Positions 37,469 through 46,200 of a stretch of DNA of 64,000 bases are shown one piece after another; position 1 is the stretch's first letter; each line of letters begins with the position of its first letter. The DNA comes from Chlamydiota bacterium (GTDB lineage Bacteria > Auribacterota > JACPWU01). The DNA lies in the NCBI GenBank assembly GCA_016196885.1, contig JACPWU010000021.1, forward strand, positions 3,618 through 67,617, written 5' to 3'. A program made the translations under genes and the position numbers. The notes under the pieces were generated by a model that saw nothing but the letters and a program-made list of their open reading frames with translations, made no database searches and was not told the DNA's origin.

Positions 37469-38410
37469 TCAGGTAAAGGCTTGCTCTAAAACGGGGGAGG
37501 GTCTTGAAGCAGAGCGGCTCTCTTTGCGAGCGAGGGATTTCTCGGCGTGGAGCCTTGCCCGTAGAATTCTTTCTGGAGGAATGCGTGTTAAATCCTTTGC
37601 CATTTTAAAAAAGCCCATCAGAGAGATCAGCCACTTGCTGGGATCCCAGTGATACCAACGAATTCCATTGCGATAATCGCCTGGGAAACGGTGATGAAAA
37701 CTGTGATACCCTTCTCCCAGCGTGACCAATGCAACCAACCCATGGTCCTTTGCATTTACCTCTGGATCATAGGTGGCCTTTCCAATCCAATGGCAAAGAG
37801 AATTGATGCAAAAGGTGGCTTGTTGAACGAAAAAGATCCGAAAACAAACCGCTGTGAAAAAAGTGCTCCATCCATGGCCGGCCATGATTCCAAGGGTCCA
37901 TGGAACGAGAATCCCAGACACCAACGCCCAGACCCCATAATATTGATGCTGATTCATGATGATTTTATTTTTTTGAAGGTCTTTGACGTTTTCGTAAACC
38001 TTGGGCTGTTTCCAAAAAATAAGCCATCCGATATGGGCATGCCAAAACCCTTGTTTCATGCTATAGGGGTCTCTTTTCGTGTCGGGATAGAGATGATGAG
38101 AGCGATGCTGGGAAGCCCATTTCAGGGCAGACTGTTCAAAGGCACCCGCTCCGAAAAAAAGAAAGAGGAACTTTACAAAGGAAGGAACTTTGTAAGAGAC
38201 ATGCGCAAAGAGGCGATGATAGCCCATCGTTACACTCAACCCCGTCGCAGCCACATAAAAGAAGAAGAGTAAAAGGTCAAACCTTGAAATGCCATGGGAA
38301 AAAATATAAAGGGGCATCCCGATCACGGCAAGAGCCGCACTCACAACCATAAAAAGGAATATCCCCCACTGCATTCCCCTTTCTGGATAAATCAAAGAAT
38401 CCGACATCAC
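37469..38410 (-). CDS. Membrane fatty-acid desaturase (stearoyl-CoA/acyl-lipid delta-9 type)
   Basis: Three His boxes (HRLFAH, HRSHH, HSFHHRFP) and four TM segments. Confidence 0.75.
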   Translation of the reverse strand: MMSDSLIYPERGMQWGIFLFMVVSAALAVIGMPLYIFSHGISRFDLLLFFFYVAATGLSVTMGYHRLFAHVSYKVPSFVKFLFLFFGAGAFEQSALKWASQHRSHHLYPDTKRDPYSMKQGFWHAHIGWLIFWKQPKVYENVKDLQKNKIIMNQHQYYGVWALVSGILVPWTLGIMAGHGWSTFFTAVCFRIFFVQQATFCINSLCHWIGKATYDPEVNAKDHGLVALVTLGEGYHSFHHRFPGDYRNGIRWYHWDPSKWLISLMGFFKMAKDLTRIPPERILRARLHAEKSLARKESRSASRPSPVLEQAFT

Positions 38411-38498
38411 CCCTCCCTCTGAAAAGAATTCATATGAAAAGAACTCACAAATGATACTATCTTTAAAAAGAGGAGCAAGTCCTTTTTTAAATTTTTAA

Positions 38499-38631
38499 TA
38501 GGCATATGCACTTGATTCCCCTAGTAGTCGCCCGATTCATCGGGCAATCCATGCAAGGGGCACAAGGCTGCCCCATCAATGGGGCGACTACAAATTCTTG
38601 CTATCTGAGGGGAATCAAGTGCATATGCCTA
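38499..38631. mobile_element. MITE family A, copy A2 (133 bp, inverted relative to A1; 8-bp TSD atttttaa), inserted at the left terminus of element B4
   Basis: Near-identical to the reverse complement of A1; flanked by atttttaa on both sides. Confidence 0.75.
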
Positions 38632-38803
38632 ATTTTTAAAAGTGTGTCCTTTATTCATGCGGGTGACACCCAACAGGGTCCCCATCAAGTGCCAGAAGAA
38701 AGAGTCATTTGCATCAGCCATACATCTGGCATCCCTCATCGAGACCGATGCCGTTGATGGGGTGGTTGGGCGGCAGGACCCGCCCCCTTTCCAAAGGACA
38801 CAC
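38632..38803. mobile_element. MITE-like element B4: same outer TIRs as B3 but a different ~110-bp structured core
   Basis: TIR aaaagtgtgtccttt...aaaggacacacttttaaatac; subterminal gcgggtg...cccgcc; internal long-range complement cccaacagggtccccatcaa / ttgatggggtggttggg. Confidence 0.6.
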
Positions 38804-38940
38804 TTTTAAATACATCATCATCAAAAATAGGTAGACACTTCTAGGAAAAATTATGAGATAATTCGAACAAAGAAGGAGTCTCGACCCTGAAACGAATTTT
38901 CATATTCTTAAGCATTTTTCTTCTTTCAGCCTCTCTGGCC

Positions 38941-39462
38941 TTGGCCATGCATTGCCCTCGATGTCAGTATGACAATAGGCAGCGAGCAACCTATTGTGAA
39001 AACTGCGGCTATCAACTCCCACAAGTTATTTATTGCTCACAATGCGGCTTTGAAAATCCTTATGGGGCCACTTACTGTTCACGCTGCCAAGCTCCCTTGG
39101 GAGAGGCAGCTCCACCGGCTCCCACAGGGGTAGAGGAAATTTTTGTTCATCATCACCATCACCACGATGAACCCCACTCGGATTGGCGGCTCGTGGCCAC
39201 CCTTTCAGCAAGTGGGGATGATAAGGGAGTTGAGCTTCCAGGAGGGGGATTGATTCATCAGGTCAAATTAAGAGGGGTCAGCGGTTCTCTGATTATTAAT
39301 ACCGTCACCGTCAGAGAAGGAGGGGAAGCCACTCATTTTCCAATCACCACGAGATTCGCCCCTGGTCAAGAAGTGGTGAAGGACTTGGGAAGAGAATACA
39401 ATTCCACAGGTTTTCGTGTGAGCCGCAAGGGCACGGGATCTGTTGAGTTATATGTTCAATAA
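38941..39462 (+). CDS. Double zinc-ribbon protein with His6 tract and C-terminal beta domain of unknown function
   Basis: Four CxxC pairs in the first 55 aa, then HHHHHH, then a 90-aa domain with no family recognised. Confidence 0.5.
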   Translation: MAMHCPRCQYDNRQRATYCENCGYQLPQVIYCSQCGFENPYGATYCSRCQAPLGEAAPPAPTGVEEIFVHHHHHHDEPHSDWRLVATLSASGDDKGVELPGGGLIHQVKLRGVSGSLIINTVTVREGGEATHFPITTRFAPGQEVVKDLGREYNSTGFRVSRKGTGSVELYVQ

Positions 39463-39601
39463 ATACGGTTAAAAGTTGGAAGTTTTTAGAGGAGTTTATT
39501 TTTAACAATTTTGTACATCGTTCTTCTAAATTTTTTTGTGAGCCCTGTTTGTTAATCTGGAAGAACTTACACAAACCCACAAAAAATGTAAGGGCAAATC
39601 A

Positions 39602-39629
39602 TTGACTTTCTTTAGGAGTGTTGTATATT
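39602..39629 (+). promoter_or_regulatory. Sigma-70-type promoter TTGACT-16 bp-TATATT
   Basis: Near-consensus -35/-10 hexamers with 16-bp spacer; predicted TSS about 39636. Confidence 0.55.
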
Positions 39630-39639
39630 GAGGGGTAGA

Positions 39640-39762
39640 AGGTGATATAGATATTCTCTGATAAGGGCAAACTATCCGTAAGGATAGGACGCAAAGCCAT
39701 GGGCCCCTGGGTAGCTAGGGAGGGGGGTCGCCAGGTTGCCGGAGCATAGGCTGAAGAGTCAA
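39640..39762 (+). promoter_or_regulatory. Candidate c-di-GMP-I (GEMM) riboswitch aptamer
   Basis: GGGCAAAC, then 5-bp stem with GUAA (GNRA) tetraloop, then GGACGCAAAGCC, then a second GC-rich hairpin. The junction strings and stem length match the Vibrio cholerae Vc2 aptamer as recalled from memory. Confidence 0.6.
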
Positions 39763-39814
39763 GAAAAGCGTCTATTCTTTTACGGAAGTGAAAGAATAGA
39801 CGCTTTTCTTTTTT
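39763..39814 (+). terminator. Intrinsic terminator / expression platform (18-bp stem gaaaagcgtctattcttt and its complement, loop tacggaagtg, then TTTTTT)
   Basis: Perfect 18-bp stem followed by a T-run, 50 nt upstream of the I9-like gene start. Confidence 0.75.
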
Positions 39815-39864
39815 ACGTGTTTTAACGTCTTGTGTGTGCATCCGCGTTCAGAATAGGGAGAAGA

Positions 39865-40188
39865 ATGAAAAGGGTCCTGATCTGCCTATTGGGGATGGGT
39901 ATGATGATCGAGGCAATGAGTGGAGCGAACGCCCGAGGGGAGGAAGGAAAAAGGGGGAGGGAAATTTTTGTTCGTTTTAAGGCTGAAGTCTCTCAAGACA
40001 GGATACAGGATCTCTTCAAGGAATACCAATTAGAGGTGATTGAGAAATACCCCGCCATTGAGAATCTTTATTTGTGCAAGGTTCCATTGGATTTGAAAAC
40101 GCAAGCGGTCATTCGAAAATTAGAAAAGGAGGGCGATGTTGCCTATGTAGAGGCAAATCAGAAAGTGGAAGCACTCGAAGTCCGATAG
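39865..40188 (+). CDS. Secreted standalone subtilisin-propeptide (peptidase inhibitor I9)-like protein
   Basis: SD GGGAGAAG; signal peptide MKRVLICLLGMGMMIEAMSGA; EIFVRFKAEV...LYLCKVPLDL...VAYVEANQKV aligns with the two propeptides of the downstream protease. Confidence 0.65.
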   Translation: MKRVLICLLGMGMMIEAMSGANARGEEGKRGREIFVRFKAEVSQDRIQDLFKEYQLEVIEKYPAIENLYLCKVPLDLKTQAVIRKLEKEGDVAYVEANQKVEALEVR

Positions 40189-40229
40189 GGTCGAAGTCGT
40201 AGAGTCATTACCAGAGAGGCCGGGGTTCT

Positions 40230-43200
40230 ATGATGAAGTCCAACTGGATGAAGAGGGGGATTGTGTCATGCATCTTGGGAGTGGGGTTGTGGGGAAGCGC
40301 CAGTCTCTTTTCATTTTCTGATGAAGAAAAGAAATACGCCCCCGATGAATTGCTCGTCCGCTATAAACCAGGGGTTTCGAGTGCCCAAATCCGGCAGTTG
40401 AGAAAGGCCATCCATGCCGAACGTCTCGAGAAGTTTTCCATCAATGATGTGCAGCATTATAAACTCGAGGCCGGTCAGTCTCTTCAAGAAGCTCTTTCAG
40501 AGTTAAAGGGTTCCTCCAAAGTTCTTTACGCAGAACCCAATTATGTTGTGGAGTTAAATCAAACCCCCAACGATCCCGACTTTTCCAAACTCTACGGAAT
40601 GAATAACACCGGCCAGACCGGCGGTACAGCTGACGCCGACATTGATGCCCCCGAGGCTTGGAATACACAGACTGGAAATCAGAACCTCGTGATCGCGATT
40701 ATTGATACGGGCGTGGACTACAACCATCCGGATCTGGCAGCAAATATCTGGACCAATCCCAAGGAAATTGCAGGCAACGGCATAGACGATGACGGCAACG
40801 GTTACGTGGACGATATTCATGGTTGGGATTTTTATAACAAGGACGCCGATCCCATGGATGATCATTACCATGGCACTCACGTAGCGGGCACCATTGCAGG
40901 AGTGGGCAATAACGGCATCGGTGTGACAGGCGTGGTCTGGAAAGCCAAGATCATGGCACTTAAATTCTTGAGCTCGGGTGGATCGGGATACACTTCAGGT
41001 GCGATTTCGGCGATCAATTATGCCACTCAAATGGGCGCAAAAATTTCCAATAACAGCTGGGGGGGCGGGGGCTATTCGCAGGCCTTGAAAGATGCCATCA
41101 CGGCCAATCAGAATGCAGGGGCTTTGTTTGTAGCCGCTGCAGGAAATAGCGGCGTCAATGCAGACACTTCTCCCATGTATCCCGCGGCTTATGACGTGGC
41201 CAATATTATTTCTGTGGCTGCGACGGACGCTAAAGATCAATTGGCCTCTTTTTCAAATTATGGAAAAACCAGCGTGGATTTAGGGGCCCCGGGGGTGAGT
41301 ATTTACAGCACTGCTCCCAACAACACGTATAAAACCTTAAGTGGGACTTCCATGGCAACCCCTCATGTCGCGGGAGCGGTCGCCTTAATCTGGTCTCAAT
41401 TTCCGAGCCTGACGAATCTTCAGGTGAAAGATAAATTGCTCGTCTCCACAGATCCGATTTCAGCCCTGTCTGGAAAAACGGTGAGCGGGGGAAGGCTCAA
41501 CATCAATAATTTTATGGAGAATGACACGACGGCCCCGGCCCCTGTCACTAATTTAGCCACTTCCAGCGTTTCCTATTTTACCACCACACTCACGTGGACA
41601 GCGACGGGAGACGATGGTTTCACAGGACAGGCAAGCACCTATGATTTGCGCTATTCTACGAGTGCCATCACAGAGTCTAATTTTTCCTCGGCCCTTCAGG
41701 CGTCCGGGCTCCCCTCACCTAAGACTTCAGGACAGACAGAGACTTTTAAGGTGACAGGACTTTCTTCCAACACGGCTTATTATTTTGCACTCAAGGTGAA
41801 GGACAACGTGGGAAATACTTCTTCCCTTTCGAATGTGATTTCAGCCACCACCTCTCAGGGAACCACTTTCTACCAGGATAATTTTGAGAATGGCCAGGGA
41901 AGTTGGGTCACAGGAGGAACAAACGGCACGGGTGGAGGGACCTTGTGGCATCTTTCAACCCGTAAATCCAACAGTGCGACCCATTCCTTCTATTATGGCA
42001 GTGAGTCCAAGGGTAATTACAACACAGGACAAGCCAATTATGGTTGGATCACTTCTCCCAAAATTTATTTAACCTCGGCTACCAATTCCACTTTGATTTT
42101 TAACCACTATCTGACGACGGAGAATCTGGCCCCCTATGATGAAGGAAGTGTCAGAATTTCAACAGACGGCGGATCCACTTTTACAACGCTCAACAAATTC
42201 TATTCAACCAGCTCAAAATGGCAACAGGTTTCCGTAGATCTTTCGAAATATGATGGGAAAACCGTCTACATTCAATTTTATTTTACGACGCTGGACGCGC
42301 TCTACAACAGTTATGAAGGTTGGTATGTGGACGATGTGCAGGTGATGGCAGATGGGCAAGGTGACACCACACCTCCTGCCGCGATCAGTAATTTGGCAAT
42401 TTCTTCTCTGGGTCAATATTCCCTGACATTGAACTGGACGGCGACAGGAGACGATGGGAATACGGGAACAGCCTCTTTCTACGATTTACGCTACTCCACG
42501 AGCACCATCACAGATTCCAACTTTTCTTCGGCCGTTCAAGTCTCAGGCCTCTCTTCCCCGAAGGCGGCCGGAAATTCCGAATCCTTTGAAGTGAAGAATC
42601 TTTCCAGTGGAGTCACTTATTATTTTGCGATCAAGGCCACGGACGATCTTTCCAATACCTCCGCTATTTCAAACGGGGTGAATGGAAAAACAAAAACGGG
42701 ACCCAAAATCAGCGTGTCTCCCAGCACCCTTGCGAAAGTCAGTTTGGATGTTGGGAAATCAACCACACAGTCCCTGACGATCCAAAACACAGGCGATGAA
42801 AATTTGACATTTGACATCACAGAAATTCCGACAACCACCGCCAGCAGTGCTGAATCTTCCTCCTCTTTGGAAACGGGATCGAGCGCGTCAGCTGCCTATG
42901 CACCTTCCCAAATTTTGGTGAAATTTAAAGAGGGCCTGTCTGAGGCAGCCATTCATGGACTCGGAGATTCAGTGGACGCAAGAACCGTTAAAATTTATTC
43001 CGACATTGATGTCCATTTGATTGAAACCGCTTCAGGATTGGATGCCCAGGAAATGGCCAGAATGTACCTGGCGAGCGGCTTGGTAGAATATGCAGAACCC
43101 AATTATGTTGTTCAAGCCTTAAGTACCTTCCCCAACGATTCTTCTTTCTCTCAACTCTACGGCCTTCACAACACAGGACAAACGGGGGGAACCGCAGATG

Positions 43201-46200
43201 CGGACATTGACGCCCCTGAGGCCTGGGACACTACAAAGGGGGCAAGCTCGGTCGTGGTGGCAGTGATTGACACGGGTGTAGATTACACACATCCTGACTT
43301 ATCAGCCAACATGTGGACAAACTCAGGAGAAATCCCAAACAATGGATTGGACGATGACGGAGATGGTTATGTGGACGACTATCGAGGATGGGATTTTGTG
43401 AACGAAGACAATGATCCTATGGATGACAATAAGCATGGCACACACGTTTCCGGAACCATTGGTGGAGTTGGAAACAACGGTACAGGCGTCGCCGGTGTTT
43501 GTTGGAACGTCAAAATCATGCCTCTTAAATTCTTAAGTGGGAGTGGGTCTGGATACACCTCGGATGCAGTCGAGGCCGTTCTTTACGCCAATAAAAAAGG
43601 TGCGAATGTGATGAGCAACAGCTGGGGCGGCGGCGGATATTCTCAGGCCCTGTATGACGCTATTAAAGCGGCCGAGGTGAAAGGCATTCTCTTCGTAGCC
43701 GCCGCGGGAAATAGCTCGAGCAACAATGATCAAGTGGCCAATTATCCCTCGAATTACAACATCTCGAACGTCATTGCCGTCGCAGCCACAGATGCGAACG
43801 ATGCCCTGGCCTGGTTTTCAAATTATGGAGCGAACACGGTTCATTTGGGCGCCCCGGGGGTCAGCATCTATAGTACCCTGCCGGGAAACACCTATGGCTC
43901 TTTGAGTGGAACTTCCATGGCGACCCCCCATGTAGCTGGGGCTTGTGCCCTCGTGTGGTCCGCGAATCCTTCCTGGAATTATGCGAAAGTGAAAAATCAG
44001 ATCATGGTGGGCACAGATAAAATTTCGAGCATGAGTGGTAAAACAGTTTCAGGCGGTCGGCTGAATGTTTACAAAGCCCTTCAAGCGGCAGAAACCACGC
44101 CTCCCTCAGCCGTCACCGATTTGTCCAGCTCCATGGTTTCTTTTTCCACCCTTAAACTTAAATGGACGGCAACGGGGGATGATGGCAATACCGGAACAGC
44201 CACCTCTTACGAGATTCGTTATTCTACAAGTTCTATCACGAGTTCTAACTTTAGTTCCGCTACGTTGATCAGCAATACCCCCACACCCAAATCTGCTGGA
44301 GGGGCTGAAGAATTCAACGTCACAGGCCTTTCCCAAAAGACAACTTATTACTTTGCCATGAAAGTGACCGATGATGCCAGCAACACCTCTGGCCTTTCGA
44401 ATGTGACCTCTGCCACCACAGACGAAGCGGTGGTAACCTACTTGGATAGCATGGAAACAGGAGCCGGATGGACGGTGACAGGCTTGTGGCATCTTTCCAC
44501 ACGAAAATCTAACAGCCCCACGCATTCTTTCTATTATGGAGACGAGACCAAAGGAAATTACGATACAGGTTCTACCACCCAAGGGACGCTGACATCCTCT
44601 ACCATCGACCTTTCATCGGGGGTCACGCCTCAACTCTCTTTTCAATATTGGAGAAAAGTGGAGTCGGGAGGGATCTATGACAAAACCTATTTAGAAATTT
44701 CAAAAGACAATGGCTCCAATTGGACCCAGCTTTGGTACAAGAACTCCAGCAACACCTCTGAACAAGCCTGGACCAGTTCTGGACCCTTGGATTTAAGCTC
44801 TTACAAAGGCGCTAAAGTCCTTTTGAGATTTACCTTTGATTCTGTGGATGCCTACTTGAATTTTTATGAAGGATTCTACGTGGATGATGTTCAAATCTTG
44901 GATTCAAAAACAGATTTTAACTGGCTCTCCGTGCAACCAGCAACAGGAACCTTAACAGCCAATCAATCTAGCACCGTGACCTTAACCTACACAGCCGTTT
45001 CTAGCGGAACTTACAAAGGAGCCATTCTGATTAAGAGCAATGACCCTGCCAAACCCTCTACCACCCTTTCTCTAGAGTTGACAGCCACTCAAGACACAAC
45101 AGCCCCCTCCGCCATCAGCAATTTAAAAGTTGCCTCCATTGCCAGCAGCAACACCTCTCTAACCCTGACATGGACAGCGCCAGGCGATGACGACAACGTG
45201 GGAACGGCCAGCTCTTATGAAATTCGCTACTCTACAAGCCTCATAACAGATGCTAATTTCAGCGCGGCCACTTTGGCTCCAAATCCACCCACGCCCCAAG
45301 TCGCGGGAAGCACTGAAACCTTCAGCCTGACAGGGCTCGCCCTTTCACAAAATTATTATTATGTTGCGATCAAGACCCAGGACGATGTGGGGCAAGTTTC
45401 TAGCCTCTCCAATGTGGTCAAGACGAGTGACTTGGATTCCGATGGGGACGGGTTGTGCGACCAAGATGAGTACAGCATGGGCACAGATCCTCTCAAGTCA
45501 GATACAGATTCCGATGGGTTCAGCGATGGCCAGGAAAAATCGATTGGGACGGATCCTGTGAAGAGCACAGATTTCCCAGCCACGATTATTCTGACATGCG
45601 ACAATGCCTATGAAATTTACATCAATGGTGTCTTCAAAGGGAATGACTCTAATTGGACAAACAAAGAAACATATTATGCAAAGTTAGGAGACACCATCGC
45701 CATTAAAGGCATAGATCTCGGCGGCATTGCAAGTCTCCTTTGCCAAATCAGCCATGGAAATAAAATCATGCCTTCCAATTTTCTCTGGAAGGCTTCACCT
45801 CAAGCCGCCTCGGGCTGGACAAATCCAAACTTTGACGACTCTTCTTGGCCAGGTGCAGTAGAACATTTTGCATACGGACATGGGCCCTGGGAACAATGGG
45901 TGAACGGATTTGACGCCAGCAACAATTGGATCTGGACGAATCGGCCGGAGGAACATGATACTGTCTATTTTCGGCGGAAGGTGGACTTTTCACAAAATGC
46001 CCTCTTACGGGTTACGGCAGATAATGCCTTTGAAGCTTGGCTGGATGGTCAATACCTGGGATCCAGCAATGTGTGGCATCTGCCCAAATTTTTTATTGGG
46101 ACTGTCAGTGAAGGCAGCCTCATCGCCCTTCACGGGATAGACCTGGGAGGGATAGGAGGACTGCTTGCCTCTCTTACCTACGTGGACTCGAATGGAAAAA

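Noticed and set aside
39636-39814. Possibility that the promoter-to-terminator transcript is a 6S RNA or free-standing sRNA
   Set aside because: 5' and 3' ends do not form the long closing helix with central bubble expected of 6S RNA. The GGGCAAAC / ACGCAAAGC junctions and a terminator directly abutting a downstream gene fit a cis-acting riboswitch better.
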